From Candidatus Shapirobacteria bacterium (lineage in GTDB: Bacteria; Patescibacteriota; Microgenomatia; UBA12405), in the NCBI GenBank assembly GCA_022837635.1, contig JALHFY010000001.1:381693-445692 (forward strand): DNA of 64,000 bases. The letters run 5' to 3'. Shown here piece by piece: positions 9,943 to 17,762 of the stretch; the stretch's first letter is position 1; the number at the start of each line of letters is the position of its first letter. The translations under genes and the position numbers were made by a program. The notes beneath the pieces were generated by a model that did not search any database, was not told the DNA's origin, and saw nothing but the letters and a program-made list of their open reading frames with translations.

Positions 9943-10290
9943 TTAACGACTAATAGTTTTTAATATAGCGGATTTCTCCTCTTTTGACAAAGTAATATTG
10001 TCTCCCTGACCGTTTTTGATGGGTTTGGCATAAATCCGACTAAAGGAGCGGTGATGAAGGGAGGTTAAAAGCAGACCGGAATTATCTTTATCCAAAAGAA
10101 CCAGAATAAAACTTTGGTCACCACCAATATCTTCAAAAGGGTTGAATCTAATCAGATTAACTTTCTGAATACCGGAAATATTGTCATTTTTTCGAGAAGA
10201 AAGATGACGATATTTAGTGAGAATCAGATAAAGGAGATAGATCAAGCCTAAAAAATTAACAACAGTAAGAATAAGAGCAATCTGGTTCAT
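9943..10290 (-). CDS. Hypothetical membrane-anchored protein
   Basis: 115 aa with an N-terminal TM helix (LILTVVNFLGLIYLLYLIL). Confidence 0.4.
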   Translation of the reverse strand: MNQIALILTVVNFLGLIYLLYLILTKYRHLSSRKNDNISGIQKVNLIRFNPFEDIGGDQSFILVLLDKDNSGLLLTSLHHRSFSRIYAKPIKNGQGDNITLSKEEKSAILKTISR

Positions 10291-10478
10291 CCAGGATAAG
10301 TTTAACAGAGAAGCAGTGTATACTGTAGTTATGGATAATAATGCTCATTATTTACGTAAAGATTTATTAAAGAGCTTTGTTTTAAGTCTGGTAGCTATTG
10401 CAATCCTTCTAGGATTGTATTATGTTTGGAAGTGAGTTAGCTTTAATTAGGTTTATTTAAAGGAGGTGAAAAGAAATT

Positions 10479-10655
10479 ATGGCTACTATTAAATTTTATT
10501 CTGTAAAATCCAGAAAATCCGTCGAGGTTGACGTTTCCAAAGTCAAAAAAGTCACCTTGAAAAACGGAAGACCGGCAGCTGAAGCTATTGATCCAGAAAC
10601 CGGTACTAAAATGTTCAAGATTTTATCCGCTGCTGATGCAGCTATGTTGAAATAA
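10479..10655 (+). CDS. Small (58 aa) basic protein, Sso7d/Sac7d (Sul7d)-like by sequence pattern
   Basis: ATG preceded by a strong RBS (aaaggaggtg, 8 nt upstream) and followed by a strong terminator. Translation: MATIKFYSVKSRKSVEVDVSKVKKVTLKNGRPAAEAIDPETGTKMFKILSAADAAMLK. Too short for the ORF track. Confidence 0.6.
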   Translation: MATIKFYSVKSRKSVEVDVSKVKKVTLKNGRPAAEAIDPETGTKMFKILSAADAAMLK

Positions 10656-10664
10656 GTATTGTTA

Positions 10665-10697
10665 AAAATCCCCCCGCACTATACGGGGGGATTTTTT
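10665..10697 (+). terminator. Rho-independent terminator
   Basis: aaaaatccccccgcactatacggggggatttttt: a 9-bp GC stem plus a T6 run. Confidence 0.7.
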
Positions 10698-10710
10698 GTG
10701 TTAAAATAGG

Positions 10711-11027
10711 GAACTTCAGAGAAGTTGAAGGACTGTATCTGGGTCGCCGTCGCGAAAGCTATGGTGTACCAAGGTAGGAAAGTCCGGACCACAAAAAGCA
10801 AGAAATCCCGAAGGGGACGGGGTGTGAACTCCGGGTAAGGCTACAGAGACGAGTAGGTCGCCTTCGTTCCGCGATTGCGGGACTACGGTGTACCGAGGTG
10901 AAACGAGCCTCCTTTCTGTGGAAATCTCAAGATGAGGCGCCTGTATCTAGCTTTTGAGAGCCTCAGGTGGAGAGAATAGATAGATAGTCCATAAACAGAA
11001 TCCGGCTTATCTACTTCTTTGAAGTCT
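10711..11027 (+). ncRNA. rnpB: RNase P RNA (bacterial type, reduced size)
   Basis: P4 strands taggaaagtccggac (5') and acagaatccggcttatc (3') match the universally conserved GGAAAGUCCGG and ACAGAAcCCGGCUUA blocks. A ggtgaaa block is present. The ends pair as P1 (acttcagagaagt with acttctttgaagt). Confidence 0.75.
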
Positions 11028-12018
11028 GATTTTGAAAGAAACTTAAGTAAGCACTTTGGGCGACCAAATAGAGAGGAACAGCGATCAAAGCGCCGATAAC
11101 ACCACCTAATTTAGCACCGGCGGCAATCAGTAGGATGGTAATGAGAGGGTGAATACCGACAGCGTGATTCATAACTTTGGGAACTATAAAATTACCCTCT
11201 ACTTGTTGAATAACAATACCCCAAACAACAGCTAAAACAGCCGTTAATGGGGAAACAGTTAGACCGAAAATACCGGCTAAAATCGAAGCAATGGTTGGAC
11301 CAATATTGGGAATAGCTTCCAATAAACCGGCAACTATAGCCAAAGGCAAGGCATAATTAACACCGATAATCAGATAACCAACATAAGACAATAAGCCGAT
11401 AAAAAGCATTAGAAATAATTCCGCTCCCATCCAGGAACCGAGACGAGTACGAAGATTATGGACAAACTCAATAGGTTTACGGCTTTTTTGACCAAAAATT
11501 TTTTTCAGATAATTATCAAAATTTTTTCTTTCCATGAGCAGATAGAAAGTGATGACGAAAATAATGAATAAGGAAAAGAGGTTGGAAAAAAAACTTAAAG
11601 CGATGTTACTGATTCGAGCCGGTAAAGTTTCTAAAAGCCGGAGCTGAGAAGAAATATTTTGACTGTCGAGACCCATAAAATTAATATTATCCAGCATGCC
11701 GGGAAGGTTTTTAATCAGATTAGTGGTTTGCTCGACCAGAGGTGGTACAATGCCGGCCACACAGGCACTGATAAATAAAAACACTAAAATATAAACTAAA
11801 ATAATGGCGACGGGACGAGATATCTTTCTTTTTTCCAGCCAAGTAATAGCGGGGTTAATGCCTTCCATGAAGGTATAGCAGATAAAGAGGAGTAAAAAAA
11901 TACCTCTTAATTGCCAAACTAACAGGAGTGATAATAGAAAAAAAACGGTAAAAATAATAGTTTTATGAGAGATTTCAACTTTTTGAACTGAATCAGTTTT
12001 CATAGCGAATTGTACCAT
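11011..12018 (-). CDS. AI-2E family transporter (PerM/YdiK-like permease)
   Basis: 335 aa, about 8 TM segments, typical AI-2E/UPF0118 topology and motifs. Confidence 0.75.
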   Translation of the reverse strand: MVQFAMKTDSVQKVEISHKTIIFTVFFLLSLLLVWQLRGIFLLLFICYTFMEGINPAITWLEKRKISRPVAIILVYILVFLFISACVAGIVPPLVEQTTNLIKNLPGMLDNINFMGLDSQNISSQLRLLETLPARISNIALSFFSNLFSLFIIFVITFYLLMERKNFDNYLKKIFGQKSRKPIEFVHNLRTRLGSWMGAELFLMLFIGLLSYVGYLIIGVNYALPLAIVAGLLEAIPNIGPTIASILAGIFGLTVSPLTAVLAVVWGIVIQQVEGNFIVPKVMNHAVGIHPLITILLIAAGAKLGGVIGALIAVPLYLVAQSAYLSFFQNQTSKK

Positions 12019-12917
12019 TTTTTAACCAGTGAAAAAATCCGAGAAGAATATTTTGGTTGGGTAATGTCTATAAAAATGACTTCGGGACGTTTTTTAAACC
12101 AAGTAAGTTGACGCCGGGCATAGGCATGCTCGTCAAAACGCCATTTTTGTTGGGCGTCGGCCAGCGACGCCCTTACAGTAAAATAATCACGGAATTCTTT
12201 GTAAGCCAAAGTATTTAGACCAGGATCAGACCATTTATAAGTTTTGAGTAATGTTTTGATTTCATCTAAAAGACCTAAAGACAGGCGTTTTTGAATACGT
12301 TGGTCGATACGGTGATAGAGAAATGAAGTGGGGGCGGTGAGAGAGAAATGAAGGATATCATAGTTGGGGTGATTGGTAGAGACGCCCCGCGGGGCGTCTC
12401 TACTGAATAATAAAGATAATTTAATTTCGATTTTTCTAATGAGACGGTGAGGGTTGTGTTTCTCGGAGTTGTTGAGAGAATCAAAACTTTTTTTGTCTAA
12501 GATTTGATAAATTTTTTGTAAATTTTTAAGTGATAATTTATTGAGGCAGAAACGAAGACAGCGTTTGGGTTTAAGATGGTAGGTATCACGTTGAGGATTG
12601 ACGATAGCATCAATATAGTGACCGGTACCACCGACAATAATGGGTAATTGATGGTGATGATGAGCCAGGTGAATTTTTTCAAAAGCAAGTTGTTGAAATT
12701 GAGTCACCGAAAAAGATTGATCAGGAGTGAGAATGTCAATTAAATGAATTTTGATATCTGGGGGATGGTCCTTGCCGGTACCAATATCCAGGCCTTGATA
12801 AATTTGTCTGGAATCGGCGGAAATCAGTAGACCATTGTACTTTTTTGCCAATTTAATGGCTAAATCGGTTTTGCCTGTAGCCGTGGGACCGGAGATAATG
12901 AGGATTTTTTTAGACAT
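12000..12917 (-). CDS. miaA: tRNA dimethylallyltransferase MiaA
   Basis: P-loop ISGPTATGKT, DSRQIYQGLDIGTGK and IVGGTGHY blocks. Start trimmed to [10 protein letters not shown] (ATG at 12915-12917); the ORF-track start at 13085 overlaps ychF. Confidence 0.85.
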   Translation of the reverse strand: MSKKILIISGPTATGKTDLAIKLAKKYNGLLISADSRQIYQGLDIGTGKDHPPDIKIHLIDILTPDQSFSVTQFQQLAFEKIHLAHHHHQLPIIVGGTGHYIDAIVNPQRDTYHLKPKRCLRFCLNKLSLKNLQKIYQILDKKSFDSLNNSEKHNPHRLIRKIEIKLSLLFSRDAPRGVSTNHPNYDILHFSLTAPTSFLYHRIDQRIQKRLSLGLLDEIKTLLKTYKWSDPGLNTLAYKEFRDYFTVRASLADAQQKWRFDEHAYARRQLTWFKKRPEVIFIDITQPKYSSRIFSLVKKWYNSL

Positions 12918-13971
12918 TAAAACGGAATTCAACCACATCGTCAGGGCGCATTTGATAATCTTTACCCTCATGACGCAAAAGGCCCTGGGCTTTAGCGCCT
13001 TCCCAGCCCTGATGGGCGACAAAATCTTGATAGGAAACAATTTCAGCCATAATAAATCCCCTTTCAAAATCAGTATGAATGGCACCGGCAGCCTGAGGAG
13101 CGCGAGCTGACCGGGGAATGGTCCAAGCTCTCACCTCTTTGACACCGGCGGTGTAAAAAGATTGGAGACCAAGAGTTTCATAGGCTTTTTGAATGACTCT
13201 TTCCAAACCTGATTTAGTCATACCCAACTCTTTTAAGTAATTGATTTTGTCTTCAGCAGAAAGCTCGGAGAGTTCAAATTCAGTTTTAGCGCAAACTGGA
13301 ATAATATTTTCCAAAGTAGTTTGAAAATTATCTATATTTAAGTAAGTGTCTTCATCAACATTGGCGACAATAAAATATGGTTTAGCAGTCAGCAAAAAAA
13401 ATTCTTTTAATAAAACTTTCTCATCCTCGTCCAAGTCTAAATTAACAGCTAATTTACCCTGTTCTAAGGCAAGTTTTAATTTTGAAGCCAGGGCATATTT
13501 TTTGGTATTTTTTTCAGTAGCATTATTTTTATGAGCATCTAAATATTTATCGAGACTCTCCAAATCTTTGATAATCAGTTCAGCACAAATGACCTCAAAA
13601 TCCCCTTGGGGATCAACACTCCCCTCTTTGATAATACTGGGATCAGAAAAGTTTCGGACCACATGACAAATGGCATCGCAGTCGCGAATATTGGTTAAAA
13701 ATTTATTACCCAAACCCTCACCGGTAGAAGCACCTTTAACTAAACCGGCAATATCCACAAATTCAACAATAGCGGGGACAATTTTGTCAGTTTTAACGAT
13801 ATCAGCTAGGACTGGTAGTTTGTCATCAGGCACTTCAACGACACCAACATTGGGATCGATGGTACAAAAAGGATAGTTACTGGCATCGGCCACTTGACGA
13901 CCTAAAAGAGCGTTGAAAAGAGTTGATTTGCCTACATTTGGAAGCCCGACAATGGCGATTGAAAGACTCAT
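12910..13971 (-). CDS. ychF: Ribosome-binding ATPase YchF (Obg-family GTPase)
   Basis: 353 aa; [23 protein letters not shown]1 motif and a TGS domain at the C-terminus. Confidence 0.9.
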   Translation of the reverse strand: MSLSIAIVGLPNVGKSTLFNALLGRQVADASNYPFCTIDPNVGVVEVPDDKLPVLADIVKTDKIVPAIVEFVDIAGLVKGASTGEGLGNKFLTNIRDCDAICHVVRNFSDPSIIKEGSVDPQGDFEVICAELIIKDLESLDKYLDAHKNNATEKNTKKYALASKLKLALEQGKLAVNLDLDEDEKVLLKEFFLLTAKPYFIVANVDEDTYLNIDNFQTTLENIIPVCAKTEFELSELSAEDKINYLKELGMTKSGLERVIQKAYETLGLQSFYTAGVKEVRAWTIPRSARAPQAAGAIHTDFERGFIMAEIVSYQDFVAHQGWEGAKAQGLLRHEGKDYQMRPDDVVEFRFNV

Positions 13972-14196
13972 TTTTTAGCTTGATGATTAATATGGTCAAT
14001 TATATCGTGAATAATCATTTTTTGGTTATCTTTATCCATGTTTTCCAATACAATTGGTAGTATAGTCTAGTCACAACGATAGTTCTTGACACCCATAGAT
14101 TGACTACATAACTTTTAAAATATTGAAATAATTAACTGTTGATCAAGAATGTGATTTCACTAGAGGCTCTGGGATTAGGTTAAAAATTAGTTCAAA

Positions 14197-14799
14197 TTAT
14201 TTTACTGGGCACAAATCTTTCTTCAGTTTGATTAGATTTTCATAATCTTTACTAGTATCTCTCCATTTATCACTATGATTAATTGGAGTTACACCTTCGT
14301 AGTAAGTTATTTGTTGTTCAGGAAAAGGTAGGTATTGAACAACATCGTCAAAATCTATAAAACCAATGGTTCTTGAATCATCACTATTCTTTCTATTATC
14401 ACCAAGAACAAAAAGTTTATGTTCTGGAACTGTGACTTTTTGACACTCCTCAAGAAATAACCCTTCTAATCCATGATCTTTTGACCATTGATATTGTTCT
14501 GGAAGAGAAAAGGTTGAATTTGGTTCCATAGTGTAAGGTTCTTCAATGTATTTATCATTTATGAAGACACCACCACCTTTAATTTCAATGGTATCACCTG
14601 GTAAAGCGATAACTCTTTTGAAGAAAAAATAATTTGGTCTACTCAATTTAGTTATCATTGATCTAGTAATCTCATTTGAAAAAGCGACAGTATCACCTCT
14701 TTGAAATTGATAGGCCTTGTTTAATTTGTAGAAAATATTTTTGTAAGGGTAATATTTATGAATACTTCCGCCCGGAAATGATGGTGCCATTGAATTCAT
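14197..14799 (-). CDS. lepB: Signal peptidase I (S26) catalytic domain, with no N-terminal membrane anchor in the ORF
   Basis: Box B-like NSMAPSF (Ser), box D KRVIALPGD (Lys), box E GDNRKNSDDSRTIGFI. 200 aa with no hydrophobic N-terminus. Confidence 0.65.
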   Translation of the reverse strand: MNSMAPSFPGGSIHKYYPYKNIFYKLNKAYQFQRGDTVAFSNEITRSMITKLSRPNYFFFKRVIALPGDTIEIKGGGVFINDKYIEEPYTMEPNSTFSLPEQYQWSKDHGLEGLFLEECQKVTVPEHKLFVLGDNRKNSDDSRTIGFIDFDDVVQYLPFPEQQITYYEGVTPINHSDKWRDTSKDYENLIKLKKDLCPVK

Positions 14800-14803
14800 A
14801 TCA

Positions 14804-15283
14804 TTAAGTGGTGGTTATCTGATAACGCGTTCCTAAAAATATTTCATCTGTAGCCACATTGTAACCAACAATGTAAGCCAAAAACCAAACTGGAGCGATA
14901 ATGATTCCATCAATCAATAAAACTGACCATCGAACATCTTTTAGTTTTGGTTTTTTGTAAAAAAAAGATTTAATTAAAACAATTAAAAGGTAAAGAGGGA
15001 AAATTGGAACGATAAATAAAAAAATTAGAAATGATTTAACTTTATTTTGCTTTTTATCTTCCCTTTGACTAATACTCAATTCAACAAACTTATACATTAA
15101 AAATAAAAAAGATAAGGTACCAATTAATATACTTCCAAAGAGAGAAACAAAGGCAATATATTTGATTGATGAAAGATTTTCATTAAATGGTCCGTTTTGA
15201 ATTCTACCAACGTACAAGCTAATCAAAAAGACCACTAAACAAACAGCCCAAATTATCAATTGCTTTTTAATTTCTTTTTTCAT
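14804..15283 (-). CDS. Hypothetical polytopic membrane protein
   Basis: 159 aa with about 4 predicted TM helices. Ends 4 nt before the signal peptidase ATG, in a different frame. Confidence 0.4.
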   Translation of the reverse strand: MKKEIKKQLIIWAVCLVVFLISLYVGRIQNGPFNENLSSIKYIAFVSLFGSILIGTLSFLFLMYKFVELSISQREDKKQNKVKSFLIFLFIVPIFPLYLLIVLIKSFFYKKPKLKDVRWSVLLIDGIIIAPVWFLAYIVGYNVATDEIFLGTRYQITTT

Positions 15284-15633
15284 ATTAATGTTAAATAATT
15301 TTTCTTTCTGAAAGGTGTCATTAGAAGGTTTCCGACTATCTCTAAAACCAGGAGAACTTTTAGAATAAATCTGATAATAAAAAGTTCAAATGATGTAATT
15401 GAAGCTAATATTTCATTCATTTTTTGAATTAATTTACTAACTTACCGTTTGCAAGGTTATGTTTAGCTAAGTTGTATACTGTAAGTGTAGCACGAAGATC
15501 TCAATAAAATTATAGCGTCGAATTAGTGTTGTTAAGAGGAAGTTTATTAAAAAAAAGAAAAATTTTGTGTGATTAATCAGATAAATTAAAGTATTTTTTA
15601 TAAAAAAATCAAGGAAAAGATAAGACAGAATGT

Positions 15634-16647
15634 TTAGGAGAATTGTTGAAGTAATTGTTTTAAATTATCACGAGTACTGTCGACCAGGTATTGCGAAATT
15701 TTTATTTTAGGATCGATACTGAGGGCATCAAGATTAAGACCGGCAGCGGCTCGTTCTAAAAGGGCTAAATTCAGTAGTTTTTTTGAGGTAGAAAAAGAAT
15801 TGATATGAGACAACCAGAGTTGACGCTGTGATTCAATTTGAGCAGGAGTAATATCGGAAACTTGAGGCAGGTGATACATAAACCAATGATAGGCAAAAAC
15901 AGTATCGTAACCAGGCGGACGCCAGGACCAGTAAAGGTTGGATAAAAGAATAATTTGCCGACCAGATTGATAAAGATCGGTATAGGAAAAGTGACCATGA
16001 ACAAATTCGTAGTCGATATGTTGATACTCACGAGATAAAATTTGAACAGCCTGGTCAATAAGTTGAAAATCTTCTTTTTGTCTAAAAGGATGAGTAGGAT
16101 AAATTTTTAAACTACTTTCACGCCAACGAACAAAATTATCTTTAATTGAATCAGAGATACTTTGACTTGGTTTTTTTACCCAAGGTTGCTGTCGACAATT
16201 TTGACGATATTCATGATAAATTTCAAAAAAATTGTCAACTTGAGAGAGAGTAGTCGGAAGAGTGATTAGAGGAGAAGAGGGTATGTCTTCCATAATCAAG
16301 GCTTCGTATTCTTGATCAGAATTCCAGGCAAGGTGTTGGTAAAGATGAGGAGGGCGAATAATTAAACTATGATTATTTTTGACAAAAGATTGAATCATGG
16401 TGGCTTCACTAATATTAGGTTTGACGCCTTGAATTTTTAAAATAACATTTTTACCTTGGTAAGTACCGCGATAATGAACAGCTCCGACTTTAGATGAACC
16501 CCACCAGGAACTTCTATTAACCAAACGTTCAGGGATAAAACCTGTATTTTGGGTTATATCTTGCAAAATTTTCTTTTCCCGATCAGCCAAACTTTTAGCT
16601 CGAGTGAAAGCATGAGAAATTTCGTTTTGTTTGGGTAAATTTGTCAT
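15634..16647 (-). CDS. Phosphotransferase (APH/choline-kinase-like protein-kinase fold) family protein
   Basis: 337 aa; VILKIQG (beta-3 Lys), an HGHFSYTDL catalytic-loop variant of HGDxxxxN, and a downstream W/D-rich segment (SNLYWSWRPPGYD). Confidence 0.45.
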   Translation of the reverse strand: MTNLPKQNEISHAFTRAKSLADREKKILQDITQNTGFIPERLVNRSSWWGSSKVGAVHYRGTYQGKNVILKIQGVKPNISEATMIQSFVKNNHSLIIRPPHLYQHLAWNSDQEYEALIMEDIPSSPLITLPTTLSQVDNFFEIYHEYRQNCRQQPWVKKPSQSISDSIKDNFVRWRESSLKIYPTHPFRQKEDFQLIDQAVQILSREYQHIDYEFVHGHFSYTDLYQSGRQIILLSNLYWSWRPPGYDTVFAYHWFMYHLPQVSDITPAQIESQRQLWLSHINSFSTSKKLLNLALLERAAAGLNLDALSIDPKIKISQYLVDSTRDNLKQLLQQFS

Positions 16648-16656
16648 ATTTGATTT

Positions 16657-17361
16657 TTATAAAGCAAAAAATTTAACAGGAACAACCAAAAGAAGACGAT
16701 GAAGCATATCAATATGCTTCACGGGTTTATCAAAACCATAAATACTGAGACGGATGTCACGACTGGGTTGACCACCTATGCAGTAATATTCATTAAATTT
16801 AGGTTTCTCAGGACGAGTAACAGTAATCAAATAACCTGTTCGACAAGTATTTTCATTGGTCCATAGAGGTAAACCAGTATGTTGATAGTAATGAAAAGCT
16901 AATTCGCTATACATAGATAAATTAGCAACGATAATTTTAAGACCAGGAATCTCTCTTTTACCTAATTTGAGTTTTTTATCAGGAATAAAAAAAGAGCTGT
17001 TGGGTTGAGTTATGAGAGGAAGACTAGCAAACTGACCAATGTCTTGAAAACCAGTTTTAAGATTGAAAGCAACTTCGGTGGGGGGCAGATGCCGATTTTC
17101 ATAGTCAGATGAAAAAGGGGGTTTGATAGTTTTAATAAAATCGACTTGACGTAGGTCACTAAGTGAAGCACCTTGAAGTGAAAAGATTTGATAACCGTGT
17201 TTTTTTAAAATTTTTTTGTGTTCTTCTGAAAAACGGACAACGGCTTGGTTATCTGGAGGTACAAGTAATTCAGGGAAAGTAGGTTTTGGATTGGCATTAA
17301 TACTATAAGGAAGGCGTTCAGCCAACTCTTCACTGCTATAAGAAGAACGTCGTTCATTCAT
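16657..17361 (-). CDS. Hypothetical protein
   Basis: 234-aa ORF co-directional with the kinase-like gene, 10-nt spacer. No recognisable motif. Confidence 0.35.
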   Translation of the reverse strand: MNERRSSYSSEELAERLPYSINANPKPTFPELLVPPDNQAVVRFSEEHKKILKKHGYQIFSLQGASLSDLRQVDFIKTIKPPFSSDYENRHLPPTEVAFNLKTGFQDIGQFASLPLITQPNSSFFIPDKKLKLGKREIPGLKIIVANLSMYSELAFHYYQHTGLPLWTNENTCRTGYLITVTRPEKPKFNEYYCIGGQPSRDIRLSIYGFDKPVKHIDMLHRLLLVVPVKFFAL

Positions 17362-17383
17362 GAACCAATTTTAACATTAAAAC

Positions 17384-17409
17384 AAAACCTCCCGCCGTGG
17401 CGGGAGGTT
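17384..17409 (-). terminator. Rho-independent terminator downstream of hup
   Basis: Minus-strand reading aacctcccgccacggcgggaggtttt gtttt: a GC stem plus a T-run. Confidence 0.6.
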
Positions 17410-17428
17410 AAGAATTCAAAAAGAATTA

Positions 17429-17701
17429 TTATTTAACCATCTTTTTGATTTTGGTGCCGGGAATATAACGAGGCATTCGGCGGGCCGCAATCTTTTTAAG
17501 TTCCTTGGAATTAATAGCTTTGATGGTTTTGGGTTTGAACATTTTGGTCTTAAAAGTACCAAAACCAGAGAGTTTGACATCTTCACCCGCAGCCAGGGCT
17601 TTCATAATTTCATTTAAGAAGGTTTCAACGGAAACCTTGGCAGCTTTCTTGGGAAGTTTAGCTTTACTAGCGACGACTTCAATGAGATCTTTTTTGGTCA
17701 T
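17429..17701 (-). CDS. hup: DNA-binding protein HU
   Basis: 90 aa; a GFGTF beta-arm motif and an HU/IHF-family N-terminal helix pair. Confidence 0.9.
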   Translation of the reverse strand: MTKKDLIEVVASKAKLPKKAAKVSVETFLNEIMKALAAGEDVKLSGFGTFKTKMFKPKTIKAINSKELKKIAARRMPRYIPGTKIKKMVK

Positions 17702-17762
17702 TTGTTTTCTGAATTTATAATTCAGTTACCATTATTAGATACTTTCGGCAAAATTTCAAGTC

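Noticed and set aside
14040-14110. tRNA-like fragment caattggtagtatagtctagtcac in the ychF upstream region
   Set aside because: It has a D-loop-like GGTAG but no T-loop (GGTTCGAATCC) and no acceptor pairing. It is probably just promoter-region sequence.
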